The position numbers and the translations under genes are program-made. A DNA stretch of 64,000 bases from the NCBI GenBank assembly GCA_963728205.1, contig CAVSIV010000001.1, positions 608,001 through 672,000 of the forward strand, in the 5' to 3' direction. Source of the DNA: an uncultured Chloroflexia bacterium. GTDB lineage: Bacteria > Chloroflexota > Dehalococcoidia > UBA2979. This document shows positions 36,127 through 46,235 of the stretch, one piece after another. Position 1 is the first letter of the stretch. Each line of letters begins with the position of its first letter. The notes beneath the pieces are model-generated. The model saw only the letters and a list, made by a program, of their open reading frames with translations, ran no database searches and was not told where the DNA came from.

Positions 36127-37569
36127 TCAGCCGCGCTCGCTCTCGCCGGCGTCGACGTACCAGGACGCACCGACGCGCGCCGTTCGCACCTCCTGGCGGA
36201 ACGCGCCGACGTGCGACGTGAGCGTGCGCCGCTCGACCGCGACGCCCGCCGCTTCGGGCCCGTCGCGCAGCGCCTCGACGAGCACGCGCCCGTCGAGCGG
36301 CGCGGCGGGGCGCAGCCCCATCGCGTGGAGCAGCGTCGGGGTGATGTCCGTATTGCCGGCCGGGAGCGGGTCGACCAGCCCGCGCCGGAAGTCGGGGCCG
36401 GCGGCAATCAGCGTGTTACGCACCTCCCACGGGCTGAGCGCGCCGTGGTTCGCGCGGGAGGCACCGCCGGCAGAGCGACGCGTGCCGGGGTAGCCGTGCT
36501 CGTTCGCCTCGTCCGACCACGCGAGCGAGAACAGCACGTCGGGCTCGAGGTCGCCGCCGTGCCCCACCTCCGACATTGCGAGCGTGCCGGGCAGCGGCCG
36601 CTCGCCGCGCGGCCCGGTGAAGATGCAGCCGACGCCGTCCAGCCCGGTCAGCACCTCGACGACGCGGGCCACGCGGTCGGCGCCGCCCTCGCGGACGTAG
36701 AGCCCGGAGCCGCCGGCCGCGATCACGTCGGTGCTCTCGGGTGACGTCTTCACGCCGGCGGCGACGAGCGCGTCGGTGACATCGACCGGGGGCCCCATCG
36801 TCGAGAAGCCGTGATCGGAGGTGACGACGACGTCGGTGGTGTCGCGCAGGCCGGCGCGGTCGAGCGCGTCGAGGATCGCGCCGAGGTGGTCGTCGGCGTC
36901 GCGCACGGCGCGCAGGGTCTCGGGGTGGCCGACCCCGTGCCGGTGCTCGGTGCGGTCCGGGTCGGTGTGCCAGTAGGTGACGAGATCAGTCCCGGCGGGA
37001 AGCAGGACGTCGGTGATGAGCCGCGTGAAGTAGGCGTTCTGCGCGGTGTTGGGGAGGTCGCCTTCGGGCATCGAGCCGAGGGCGGCCTCCATCGCCTCGC
37101 GCGTCGTGCCGGCCCACAGCGCCTGGTTGTAGATCACGCCGCCGGCGCGCTCGACCTCGGGGTGCTGGAGGAAGCTCGAGCCCGGGCTGCCGGTGCCGAC
37201 GATTGCCGCGGTACCGCCGGCCGCGAGCACCGCCTCGGCGAGCGTCGGGCGCAGGAGGAGTCGGCCGCCGCGGTGCGCGCGGACGCGGGCGAGGTGCGCG
37301 AAGTCGGCCGACGTCAGCGCCTCGCGGTCGCCGGGCAGCACGAAGTTGTTGTCGGGCATGCCGTGGCTGCGCGGCAGCGCGCCGGTCGCGATCGATGCCG
37401 AGTTGCAGCGCGTGACGGTGGGGAAGACGGCGTGGCTGTCGGGGAAGCGAACGCCGTCGGCGGCGAGCGCGTGCAGGCGCGGCGTTGTCTCCGCGGTCAC
37501 GAAGTCGGGCCGCAGGCCGTCCCACACCATCACGATCGCGCGGCGTCGCAGTCGCGGCGCGTCGACCAT
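36127..37569 (-). CDS. Alkaline phosphatase superfamily nucleotide pyrophosphatase/phosphodiesterase
   Basis: VWDGLRPD, FPTVT, DPDRTEH, TSDHG, NHG, NTDITPT. Confidence 0.9.
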   Translation of the reverse strand: MVDAPRLRRRAIVMVWDGLRPDFVTAETTPRLHALAADGVRFPDSHAVFPTVTRCNSASIATGALPRSHGMPDNNFVLPGDREALTSADFAHLARVRAHRGGRLLLRPTLAEAVLAAGGTAAIVGTGSPGSSFLQHPEVERAGGVIYNQALWAGTTREAMEAALGSMPEGDLPNTAQNAYFTRLITDVLLPAGTDLVTYWHTDPDRTEHRHGVGHPETLRAVRDADDHLGAILDALDRAGLRDTTDVVVTSDHGFSTMGPPVDVTDALVAAGVKTSPESTDVIAAGGSGLYVREGGADRVARVVEVLTGLDGVGCIFTGPRGERPLPGTLAMSEVGHGGDLEPDVLFSLAWSDEANEHGYPGTRRSAGGASRANHGALSPWEVRNTLIAAGPDFRRGLVDPLPAGNTDITPTLLHAMGLRPAAPLDGRVLVEALRDGPEAAGVAVERRTLTSHVGAFRQEVRTARVGASWYVDAGESERG

Positions 37570-37646
37570 CGCAGGCTCCTTTCCGGGGCAGGCGCATCCT
37601 ACGCGGTCAGGGAGTAGGGCTCGCGAACTCCGTCTTCGCGGCGCTC

Positions 37647-37678
37647 TTGCGACGTCGTGGTGACATCACTATGATGTC
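37647..37678 (+). promoter_or_regulatory. Sigma70-type promoter overlapped by a palindromic operator
   Basis: TTGCGA (37647-52)-17 nt-TATGAT (37670-75); palindrome GACATCA-cta-TGATGTC (37662-78). Confidence 0.7.
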
Positions 37679-37701
37679 GCACGGCTGGAGAGGAGGGCGC
37701 C

Positions 37702-38697
37702 ATGCAGGTGAAGGCGCCGGTCCGAGAGGGCGGGGTGCGACCGCGCTGGGACGCGCCGCTTGTCGTCGACCGCGTGACGAAGGCGTACCGGGGTGGAGTG
37801 CGCGCGAACGACGAGGTGTCGCTGCGGGTCGAGCCCGGCGAGGTGTACGGGCTGCTGGGGCCGAACGGGGCGGGGAAGAGCACGCTCGTCGGCCAGATCA
37901 TCGGCCTGCTCGCGCCCAATAGCGGCACGATCCACCTCGGTGAGACCGATCTGATCGCCGACCCGGGCGTGGCACGCCAGCTGTGCGCGTACCTGCCGCA
38001 GGCGCAGCTGCCGATCGAATCGCTGCGCGCCGAGGAGGCGATCGAGCTGGTGGGCCGCATGCGCGGCGGGCGCCGCGCCGACGTGCGCGCGCGGCGGGAC
38101 GCGCTGCTGTCGGCGCTGGACATCGAGCCGTGGCGACGCCAGATGGGGGCGAGCCTCTCGGGCGGCGTGAAGCGGCTCGTGGGGTTCGTGATGGCCGCGA
38201 TCGTGCCGCGGCCGCTGGTGATCCTGGACGAGCCGACGAACGACGTCGACCCGGTGCGCCGGCGCCTGCTGTGGCAGCAGATCCGCGCGCTGGGCGCGGC
38301 CGGCTCCACGGTGCTGCTCGTGACGCACAACGTGCTCGAGGCGGAGCGCGCGGTGGAGCGGCTCGCGATGATGCGGGCCGGCCGCATCGTGGCCCAGGGC
38401 ACGCCGGCGACGCTGAAGGCATCGCTCCGCGGCCAGCTGCGGCTCGAGGTCGTGCTGGAGCCGACCGCCGACGAGCCGGCGCCGCCGGGGTTTGCGCCCG
38501 CGCCCGTGCGCGTGGGGCGGCGGCTCATCTACACGCTGGACGAGACGGCCGCGACGGACGCCATCGAGTGGGCGCGCGGCCTCACGGCGTGGGGCGTGGC
38601 ACAGGAGTTCGACCTGGGGGCGTCGAGCCTCGAGGAGGTCTACGTGCGGCTCGTGGGCGGCGCGGACGAGGCGGGCGAGGAGGCCGGTGGTGCATAG
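37702..38697 (+). CDS. ABC-2 type exporter ATP-binding protein
   Basis: GPNGAGKS, LSGG, ILDEPT, VTH, SLEEVY. Confidence 0.93.
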   Translation: MQVKAPVREGGVRPRWDAPLVVDRVTKAYRGGVRANDEVSLRVEPGEVYGLLGPNGAGKSTLVGQIIGLLAPNSGTIHLGETDLIADPGVARQLCAYLPQAQLPIESLRAEEAIELVGRMRGGRRADVRARRDALLSALDIEPWRRQMGASLSGGVKRLVGFVMAAIVPRPLVILDEPTNDVDPVRRRLLWQQIRALGAAGSTVLLVTHNVLEAERAVERLAMMRAGRIVAQGTPATLKASLRGQLRLEVVLEPTADEPAPPGFAPAPVRVGRRLIYTLDETAATDAIEWARGLTAWGVAQEFDLGASSLEEVYVRLVGGADEAGEEAGGA

Positions 38698-39499
38698 CGC
38701 GGCGACGGCGAGCGCGATCGCGGACCGAGACGCGCCGACGGTCGGCGTGCGTCGTGGCGTCGGCTACTGGCTGACTTCGTACTGGATGATGCTGCGCTGG
38801 GAGCTGCTCAGCATGCGGCTCTTCCTGCCGATGATGGTCGCCGTGCAGTTCTTCATCGGCGCCGGCATGGTCGTCGGGCTCGGCTTCCTGTTCGACCACA
38901 TCCCGCCGCAGCAGGCGCTCTACCTCTCGACGGGTGGCGCCGTGATCCCCCTGCTCACGCTCGGGCTGGTGATGGTTCCGCAGGAGGTCGCCGGCCACAA
39001 GCTGGAGGGCACGTACGACTTCCTGTGGTCGCTCCCGGTGCCGCGCATGACGACCTACCTGGCCGGAGTCACGGTGTGGACGGTGGTGTCGCTGCCGGCT
39101 GGCGTCGCGGCGCTGCTGGTGGCGGCGTGGCGGTTCCAGATCCACTTCGACGTCAGCCCGCTCGTCGTGCCCGCGGCGACGCTCGTCGTGGTGGTGGCGA
39201 CCGCCATCGGCTACGCATTCGCCCATGCCGTCCCCAACCCGCGCGTCACGAACCTGATCACGCAGGTGCTGATCTTCGCGATCGTGATCTTCTCGCCGAT
39301 CAACTTCCCGTCGAACCGGCTGCCCGACTGGCTCGCGTGGGTGCACCAGTGGCTGCCGTTCGAGTCGTCCGCGATCGTGATGCGTGGGACGCTCGCCGAC
39401 GGGCTCGTTGAGAGCATGACGCGGGCGTTCATCGTGCTCGGGGTGTGGGCGGTGATGTCGTGGGTCGTGACCTACCGGGTGCTCTCGCGGCGCGGGTAG
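38690..39499 (+). CDS. ABC-2 type exporter permease
   Basis: Six TM helices, FSPINFP..LPDWL; GTG at 38690 overlapping the ATPase end. Confidence 0.88.
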   Translation: MHSAATASAIADRDAPTVGVRRGVGYWLTSYWMMLRWELLSMRLFLPMMVAVQFFIGAGMVVGLGFLFDHIPPQQALYLSTGGAVIPLLTLGLVMVPQEVAGHKLEGTYDFLWSLPVPRMTTYLAGVTVWTVVSLPAGVAALLVAAWRFQIHFDVSPLVVPAATLVVVVATAIGYAFAHAVPNPRVTNLITQVLIFAIVIFSPINFPSNRLPDWLAWVHQWLPFESSAIVMRGTLADGLVESMTRAFIVLGVWAVMSWVVTYRVLSRRG

Positions 39500-39531
39500 G
39501 CGCGACGCGAGAGGACCCGGCGGCCGCGGAC

Positions 39532-40077
39532 TCAGGCCTGCGCCGCGGCGGGGACGCTCTCCACGATCTCCGCGGTGATCGTCAGCCGCACCTTCTTGCC
39601 GACGAGCCAGCCGCCCGACTCGAGCGCCACGTTCCAGTTCAGGCCGAACTCGCCTCGCTCGAGCTCGGTGGTGAGCTCGAAGCCGGCGCGGCGGCCGCCC
39701 CACGGGTCGGCGACCGGGCCGCTGAACTCGCCGCGGAGCGTCACGGGGCGCGTCACGTCGCGGATCGTCAGGTCGCCGGCGATCTCGACCGCGTCGTCGC
39801 CGACGCGCCGCACCTCGGTGCTGCGGAACGTGATCTGCGGGTGGTGCTCGACGTCGAGGAAGTCCGGCGACTTCACGTGCGCATCGCGCTCGGCGTTCCG
39901 CGTGTCGATGCTCGCCGCGTCGATGCGCGCCTCGACGTGCGACCGCTCGGGGTGGTCGGCGTCGATGTCGATGTCCGCCTCGACGCCGTGGAACTGCCCC
40001 TTCACGGTCGTGACCATCATGTGGCGGGCGGAGAAGCCGACCTCGGTGTGTGCGGCGTCCAGGGTCCAGCGGCTCAT
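39532..40077 (-). CDS. YceI family (polyisoprenoid-binding) protein
   Basis: WTLDAAHTEVGFSARHMM, SIDTRNAERDAH, GDLTIRDVT, DPWG. Confidence 0.95.
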   Translation of the reverse strand: MSRWTLDAAHTEVGFSARHMMVTTVKGQFHGVEADIDIDADHPERSHVEARIDAASIDTRNAERDAHVKSPDFLDVEHHPQITFRSTEVRRVGDDAVEIAGDLTIRDVTRPVTLRGEFSGPVADPWGGRRAGFELTTELERGEFGLNWNVALESGGWLVGKKVRLTITAEIVESVPAAAQA

Positions 40078-40164
40078 CGTGATCTCCTCTGCTGCGAATC
40101 GGGTGGTGCGTGGGGCATGCGTGCATCGCCGTCGTAGTTACGTGTCGTATGTCGCATACCATCG

Positions 40165-40220
40165 GTAAGTCACGATAGGGGAGTAAGTTACGAACGTCAA
40201 GCACCTTACGCTGCGTAAGG
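40165..40220. promoter_or_regulatory. Putative HxlR-family operator between divergent yceI and regulator
   Basis: Palindrome CCTTACGC-t-GCGTAAGG (40204-40220) and direct repeats GTAAGTYACGA at 40165 and 40183. Confidence 0.65.
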
Positions 40221-40240
40221 AGATCGACTATGCTTGCTGC

Positions 40241-40588
40241 ATGACGACCGACGAGCCGCTCAGCCCGTTCTGCCCGAAGTTCCACCACGCCGTCGAGGTG
40301 ATCGGCCGGCGATGGACGGGCGCGATCCTGCGGGCCATGCTCTCGGGCACCGAGCGCTTCAGCGAGATCGCCGCGACGGTCCCGGGCCTCAGCGACCGGC
40401 TGCTCTCGGAGCGGCTGAAGGAGCTCGAGGCGGAGGGCATCGCGGAGCGCGTGGTGATCCCCGAGACGCCGGTGCGCATCGAGTACCGGCTGACGGCGAA
40501 GGGCCGCGACCTGGGCGCGGCAATCGAGGCGCTCTCGGCCTGGGCGGACCGCTGGGCCGACGCGCCTGCCGACGAGGTGCCGGCCTAG
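40241..40588 (+). CDS. HxlR family winged-helix transcriptional regulator
   Basis: CPKFHHAVEVIGRRW, RFSEI, LSERLKELE, VRIEYRLTAKG. Confidence 0.93.
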   Translation: MTTDEPLSPFCPKFHHAVEVIGRRWTGAILRAMLSGTERFSEIAATVPGLSDRLLSERLKELEAEGIAERVVIPETPVRIEYRLTAKGRDLGAAIEALSAWADRWADAPADEVPA

Positions 40589-40804
40589 CCTCGACGCATC
40601 CTTTGCGCCGCGTCAGGTCACGGCGCCGTCGTGTGAGGCGCAGCGACCGGCGCCTTCACGAGGCGCCATTCAAGGCCGGCGCCGCGCGAGATGCGCGCTG
40701 TTGGTTGCTCCCCACCGAGCGCCCCCTGACAATCACGTTCACCCACTTCGCCACGTGTGCGCCGCGCGACCGCATCGGCCGGGTCGCCCGGGCCCGGCCT
40801 ACCC

Positions 40805-40818
40805 CGAACGGTGGTTCG
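40805..40818. promoter_or_regulatory. Possible LexA-type box just upstream of ABC exporter
   Basis: C-GAAC-GGTG-GTTC-G, ending 2 nt before GTG at 40821. Confidence 0.4.
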
Positions 40819-40820
40819 CG

Positions 40821-42650
40821 GTGACGTCCCTCATCGAGGCGAACACGTTCACCGGGAACCGGGTCGTCTACTACCTCGGCAGGTATCGGAAGCAGTACCT
40901 CCTCGGGTTTGTCGCGCTGCTCGGCGCGAGCGTCGCCGCGCTGCTCCCACCGTTCCTCGTCCGCTACGCCGTGGACGCGATCCGGAACGGCACCACGCGC
41001 GGCTACCTGCTGCGCATCGGCCTGCTCATCCTCGGGCTCGCGATCGTCGAGAGCTTCCTCCGCTACCACGCGCGTCTGCTGGTCTCGGGCAGCTCCCGGC
41101 GCATCGAGTACCACCTGCGCAACGAGATCGCGGTGCAGCTGCTGCGGCTCGACCAGCGCTTCTACCTGCGCTCGCGCACCGGCGACCTGATGTCGCGCGC
41201 GACGAACGACCTGCAGTGGGTCCGCGACTTCATCGGCCCGACGCTGAACGACGTCACCCGCACCATCGTCATGGTGCTGATCGGCCTCGGCGTGCTGCTC
41301 ACGATCGACGTGCGGCTGGCGCTGATCTCGGTCGCGTACCTCCCCCTGGTCGCCGCGCTGGCGATTTACTTCGAGGTCGGCATCGACAAGCGCTTCATGA
41401 AGGTGCAGGAGCAGTTCGGCGTCCTCACCGAGCGCTCGCAGGAGAACATCTCGGGCATCCGCGCGATCAAGGCCTATGCGCAGGAGGAGGCGGAGATCGC
41501 CGCCTTCGGGCGCGAGAACGACACGATGATGCGGCGCGCGATGAGCCTCGCGACGTTCACGTCGGGGCTCTACCCGGTGATGGTCTTCCTGACCGGCGCC
41601 GGCACGATGCTGGTCGTGTGGTTCGGCGGCCACGACGTGGTGAACGGCCGCATCACGGTCGGTCAGTTCGTCCAGTTCAACACGGTGCTGGCGCTACTCG
41701 CGAACCAGCTGACGGCGCTCGGCTGGGTGGCCGCCGCCTGGCAGCAGGGCATCGTGGCCACGCGCCGCATCAACGAGGTGCTGCACGAGGTACCGGCGAT
41801 CGCCAGCCCCGCGCACCCGCACCCGCTCGCGGCGGTCCGCGGCGACGTCGCGTTCGAGCACGTAACCGTGCGCTACGCGGGGCGTCCGATCCTGACCGAC
41901 GTCAACCTCGAGATCCGTGCCGGCACGCGCGTCGCGGTCGTCGGCGGGACCGGCGCGGGCAAGACGACCATCGTCAACCTGCTGGCGCGCCTGGCCGACC
42001 CGGACGAGGGTCGCATCACCGTCGACGGCATCGACGTGCGCGAGCTGCCGCTCGACCAGCTGCGCGCCGCCATCGGCTTCGTGCCACAGGAGTCGTTCCT
42101 CTTCTCCGACTCGCTGCGCGAGAACATCGCGCTCGGACGGCTCGACCCGCCCGAAGACGCCGTGGTCGCGGCGCTCGAGACGTCGCAGCTCGTGAACGAC
42201 CTCGCGCAGCTCGACGATGGGCTGGACACGCTGATCGGCGAGCGCGGCGCGACGCTCTCCGGCGGGCAGAAGCAACGGGCCGCGCTGACGCGCGCGTTGC
42301 TCAAGGACCCGCCGATCCTGGTGCTCGACGACGCGCTGTCGCACGTCGACACGCACACCGAGGAGGAGATCCTCAAGCGGCTCCAGTCGTTCATGCGCGG
42401 ACGCACGACGATCGTGATCGCGCACCGCACCTCGTCGCTGCGCACCGCGGACCGCATCGTCGTGCTCGACGACACGCGCATCGTCGAGCGGGGCACGCAC
42501 GAGGAGCTCGTCGCACACGACGGCGTGTACGCCCGCTTCTTCCGCGAGCAGCGGCGGGCGGAGGCGGCCGAGGCGGAGGTGGACTCCGAGCTCATCGACG
42601 CCCGCCACGACCCGTCGTCGGTGGGCGGCGCCGGCGAAGGGGCGTCCTGA
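40821..42650 (+). CDS. Heterodimeric ABC exporter subunit 1 (TMD-NBD, degenerate Walker B)
   Basis: GDLMSRATND, GGTGAGKT, LSGGQKQR, LVLDDALS (Asp instead of Glu), AHR. Confidence 0.92.
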   Translation: MTSLIEANTFTGNRVVYYLGRYRKQYLLGFVALLGASVAALLPPFLVRYAVDAIRNGTTRGYLLRIGLLILGLAIVESFLRYHARLLVSGSSRRIEYHLRNEIAVQLLRLDQRFYLRSRTGDLMSRATNDLQWVRDFIGPTLNDVTRTIVMVLIGLGVLLTIDVRLALISVAYLPLVAALAIYFEVGIDKRFMKVQEQFGVLTERSQENISGIRAIKAYAQEEAEIAAFGRENDTMMRRAMSLATFTSGLYPVMVFLTGAGTMLVVWFGGHDVVNGRITVGQFVQFNTVLALLANQLTALGWVAAAWQQGIVATRRINEVLHEVPAIASPAHPHPLAAVRGDVAFEHVTVRYAGRPILTDVNLEIRAGTRVAVVGGTGAGKTTIVNLLARLADPDEGRITVDGIDVRELPLDQLRAAIGFVPQESFLFSDSLRENIALGRLDPPEDAVVAALETSQLVNDLAQLDDGLDTLIGERGATLSGGQKQRAALTRALLKDPPILVLDDALSHVDTHTEEEILKRLQSFMRGRTTIVIAHRTSSLRTADRIVVLDDTRIVERGTHEELVAHDGVYARFFREQRRAEAAEAEVDSELIDARHDPSSVGGAGEGAS

Positions 42651-44437
42651 TGGGCTTCGGCTATTACGACGAAGAGTCGGCGATCGGGAAGGTCTACGAC
42701 CGCCGGCTGCTGACGCGACTGTGGAAGTACGTCGGGCCGTACTGGGTGCAGGTAGCGTTCGCCGGCTTCTTCATGGTGTGCGTGGCGATCCTCGAGCTGA
42801 TGCCGCAGCTGATCCTGCGCCAGGCGATCGACGGCCAGATCACGCAGGGGCGCACCGACGAGCTCGGGAAGCTCACGCTCATGTTCTTCGCATCGCTCGC
42901 CGGCATCTTCGTGATGCGCTACGGGCAGGCGATGCTGATGGCATATGTCGGTCAGAAGACGATGATGGCGCTGCGGCTCGACCTCTTCTCGCACCTGCAG
43001 CGCATGGCGATCGCGTTCTTCGACCGCAACCCGGTGGGGCGCCTGGTCACGCGCCTGACGAACGACGTGCAGATGCTCGACCAGGTGCTGTCGCAGGGCA
43101 TCGTGCAGATCCTGACGAACCTGCTGATGGTGAGCGCGATCGTCGTGGTGCTGCTCGTGATCGACTGGCGCATGGCGCTGGTCATGTACATCTTCGTGCC
43201 GCTGCTCGTGTACGCGGTGCGGCGGTTCGCGCTCTCGCAGCGCGAGGGCTTTCGCGACCAGCGCGTGTGGCTGGCGCGCGTGAACGCGTACCTCAACGAG
43301 CTCATCACCGGCGTCGCCGTGATCCAGCTTTTCAACCGGCAGGGCGAGAGCGGTCGACGCTTCGACCACCGCAACTCCGGCGTGCTCGACGCCAACCTGC
43401 GCGTGTTGTTCTGGTACGCGGTGTTCGAGCCCACCGTCATCCTCTTCGGCGCGGTCACGACCGGCGTCATCCTCTGGTACGGCGGCGGCCGCGTCGTGCA
43501 GGGCACGCTGACGCTCGGCACGATGGTGCTGTTCATCGGCTACATGAGCCGCTTCTACTGGCCGATCCGCGAGCTCTCGGAGCGCTATACGACGCTGCAG
43601 TCCGCGATGGCGTCGGCGGAGCGCGTGTTCGGGATCATCGATGAGCCCGAGGAGGTGACGGACGTCGCCGACCCGGTCGAGCTCGCGCATGTGCGCGGCA
43701 AGATCGAGTTCCGCAACGTGTGGTTCGCCTACCACGCCGAGAACTGGGTGCTGCGCGACGTCTCGTTCGTGATCGAGCCGGGCGAGAAGGTCGCGATCGT
43801 CGGCGCGACCGGCGCCGGCAAGTCGACGATGATGGCGGTCCTGAATCGCTTCTACGACGTGCAGCGCGGCGAGGTGCTCGTCGACGACGTGCCGATCCGG
43901 CGCTACCGGCAGCGCGACCTGCGCCGCCACGTCGGCCTGATGCTGCAGGACCCGTTCGTCTACACGGACACGATCGCCGAGAACATCCGGCTGCGCGATC
44001 CGTCGATCCCGCTGGAGCGGGTGCGGCTGGCGGCGGAGGCGGTGGGGGCATCGACGTTCATCGCACAGACCCCGGCGGGCTACGAGACGATGCTCGCCGA
44101 GCGCGGCGGGAACCTCTCCACCGGGCAGAAGCAGCTGATCGCGCTGGCGCGCGTCGCGGCCTTCGACCCGGAGATCGTGCTGGTGATGGACGAGGCGACG
44201 GCGAGCATCGATCCCGAGACCGAGGCGATCATCCAGCGCGGCATCCAGCGGGTGACGACGGGTCGCACGACGATCGTGATCGCGCACCGGTTGAACACCA
44301 TCCGGATGGTGAACCGGATCCTCGTGCTGCATCACGGCGAGCTGGTCGAAGAGGGGACGCATGAGACGCTCGTGCGGCGCGACGGCATCTACGCGCGGCT
44401 GTACGAGCTGCAGTACCAGGGGCAGGGGGCCGGGTAG
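42650..44437 (+). CDS. Heterodimeric ABC exporter subunit 2 (TMD-NBD)
   Basis: ATG at 42650 (TGATG overlap); GRLVTRLTND, GATGAGKS, LSTGQKQ, MDEATASID, AHRL. Confidence 0.93.
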   Translation: MGFGYYDEESAIGKVYDRRLLTRLWKYVGPYWVQVAFAGFFMVCVAILELMPQLILRQAIDGQITQGRTDELGKLTLMFFASLAGIFVMRYGQAMLMAYVGQKTMMALRLDLFSHLQRMAIAFFDRNPVGRLVTRLTNDVQMLDQVLSQGIVQILTNLLMVSAIVVVLLVIDWRMALVMYIFVPLLVYAVRRFALSQREGFRDQRVWLARVNAYLNELITGVAVIQLFNRQGESGRRFDHRNSGVLDANLRVLFWYAVFEPTVILFGAVTTGVILWYGGGRVVQGTLTLGTMVLFIGYMSRFYWPIRELSERYTTLQSAMASAERVFGIIDEPEEVTDVADPVELAHVRGKIEFRNVWFAYHAENWVLRDVSFVIEPGEKVAIVGATGAGKSTMMAVLNRFYDVQRGEVLVDDVPIRRYRQRDLRRHVGLMLQDPFVYTDTIAENIRLRDPSIPLERVRLAAEAVGASTFIAQTPAGYETMLAERGGNLSTGQKQLIALARVAAFDPEIVLVMDEATASIDPETEAIIQRGIQRVTTGRTTIVIAHRLNTIRMVNRILVLHHGELVEEGTHETLVRRDGIYARLYELQYQGQGAG

Positions 44438-44606
44438 CGCGCGCCAGGCCTGCGCGGCGGGGTTAGTCGAGCGGACCCAGCCCCGCCGCGACGCCTGACT
44501 ACTACCGGCACCGTGATCATCGGCACGATCCACGCGGGCGCAGAGGTCAGCGGGACGCGGTGCGTCGGCCATCCGGCGGATCCGCCCCGGGACGGGAGAG
44601 ACGGGC

Positions 44607-45281
44607 ATGGAGTCGAAGCCGGCCGACCGGGTGGGACTGTTCGAGGCGCTGTACTCGACGCGGGCGCTGCGGCGCTTCAAGCCGGACCCGGTGCCCGACG
44701 AGCTGCTGTTCCAGGTGCTGGACGCCGCGATCCGCGCGCCGGCCGGGAGCAACCAGCAGATCTGGCACTTCCTCGTCGTGCGCGACCCGGAGAAGCGGCG
44801 CCAGATCGGCGAGATGTACTGGCAGACGTGGACGAGCTACGGCAAGCAGTATGTCGACGACCCGAGCGCGATCGACCGGCTGCCGCGGCAGATGCGGCTG
44901 GTCGTGCGGTCGACGGACGACCTCGCGCGGCACATCGCGGAGGTGCCGGTGCACCTCTTCGTGTGCGGGCCGCCGCAGGCCGGCGGGACGCTGTACCCGG
45001 CGGTGCAGAACATCCTGCTCGCGTGCCGGGCGCTCGGGCTGGGCAGCGTGATGACGGCGTTCCATCGCGCGCACGAGGCGCGGCTGAACCCGCTGCTCGG
45101 CATCCCCGAGGGGCAGGTCGCGCACGCGCTGCTGCCGATCGGATGGCCGCGCGACCGCATCGGGCCCGTGAGCCGGCGCCCGGTGCGCAAGGTGGCGAGC
45201 CTGGACACGTGGGGCGAGCCGTGGCCGTACGCGGAGTCGCAGCCGGACGACGGGCTGCGCGCGCGCTGGACGGGCGAGTAA
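44607..45281 (+). CDS. Nitroreductase family protein
   Basis: TRALRRFKPDPVPD, APAGSNQQIW, AVQNILLACRALGLG. Confidence 0.92.
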   Translation: MESKPADRVGLFEALYSTRALRRFKPDPVPDELLFQVLDAAIRAPAGSNQQIWHFLVVRDPEKRRQIGEMYWQTWTSYGKQYVDDPSAIDRLPRQMRLVVRSTDDLARHIAEVPVHLFVCGPPQAGGTLYPAVQNILLACRALGLGSVMTAFHRAHEARLNPLLGIPEGQVAHALLPIGWPRDRIGPVSRRPVRKVASLDTWGEPWPYAESQPDDGLRARWTGE

Positions 45282-45309
45282 GTCGCGCGGCGGAATCCGA
45301 AGCCGCGCG

Positions 45310-45413
45310 TCAAGCGGCGGCAGCATGCCGCCGACGCGCCGCGTCTCGTGAGCACCCACGCCGGCGGCGGCGGAGGCCGCCTCCCGCATCGGCGGCATGC
45401 TGCCGCCGCTTGA
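45310..45413. repeat. REP-like inverted doublet with perfect 25-bp terminal inverted repeats between convergent genes
   Basis: TCAAGCGGCGGCAGCATGCCGCCGA (45310-45334) and exact reverse complement 45389-45413. Confidence 0.85.
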
Positions 45414-45430
45414 CCGGGGCGCTGGCGGCG

Positions 45431-46235
45431 CTACGTGCCGGTGAAGTTCGGCGCACGCTTCTCCACGAAGCTCATGCGCGACTCGCGCACGTCGTTCGGC
45501 GCCTTCCGCGCGTAGTTGAGACCGTTGTACTCCTCGCGCAGCGCCGTCCTGAGGTCGTTCTGGAGGTTGCGCTGGATGACGCGCTTCGCGCTGCGCACGG
45601 CCATCGGCGGCCAGACCGCCATCTGCTCCGCGAATGCCATCGCCTCGTCGATGAGCGACTCGGCACCGACGAGCCGGTCGAGCAGCCCGATGCGGTAGGC
45701 CTCCTCGGCGGCGACGTCGCGGCTCGTCGTGATCAGGTCGACGGCACGCGAGTAGCCGACGATGCGGGGCAGGAAGAAGCTCATGCCGGAGTCGGGCGAG
45801 AGGCTGCGCTCGAGGAAGACGGTCTTGAAGCGTGCGGCTTCGGAGCCGACGCGGACGTCGCAGGCGAGCGCAAGGCTCATCCCGGCGCCCGCGGCCACGC
45901 CGTTCACCGCGGCGATGGTCGGCTTCGACATCTCGTAGAGCGAGAATCGCCTGGCGGCCGACCCAGCCGTACTCCTCGAGGCGATCGAGCTGCGGCGGCG
46001 GGGCGTCGTTCGCGGAGGGCGGGCGACCGCCGGTGAGGTCGGCGCCGGCGCAGAACCCGCGGCCGGCGCCGGTGAAGACGGCGACGCGCACGCCGTCGTC
46101 TGCCTCGATCTCGGCGCACACCGCGACCTGCTCGTCCTGCAGGCCCTTGTTCAGCGCGTTCAGCTTCTCCGGGCGATTCAACGTGACCAGCGCCACGCGG
46201 CCGCGTCGCTCCAGCGTCAGAAAGTCGTATCCCAC
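45431..46235 (-). pseudogene. Enoyl-CoA hydratase/isomerase with a +1 frameshift near 45945 (pseudogene or sequencing error)
   Basis: N-half LNRPEKLNAL...FCAGADL in one frame, C-half KPTIAAVNGVAAGAG...EKRAPNF in another; 805 nt = 3n+1. Confidence 0.85.

Noticed and set aside
40757-44437. Apparent 1226-aa ABC protein and other apparent fusions in the ORF track (30515-32446, 45832-47640, 31459-33285)
   Set aside because: The N-terminal parts are off-frame read-through of neighbouring genes; real starts with RBS or stop-start overlaps lie downstream.
45310-45413. IS element bounded by 25-bp inverted repeats
   Set aside because: Only 104 bp, no transposase and no clear target-site duplication; treated as a REP-like doublet.
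45925-45960. Programmed ribosomal frameshift in the enoyl-CoA hydratase
   Set aside because: No slippery sequence or stimulatory structure is evident; an indel is the simpler explanation.
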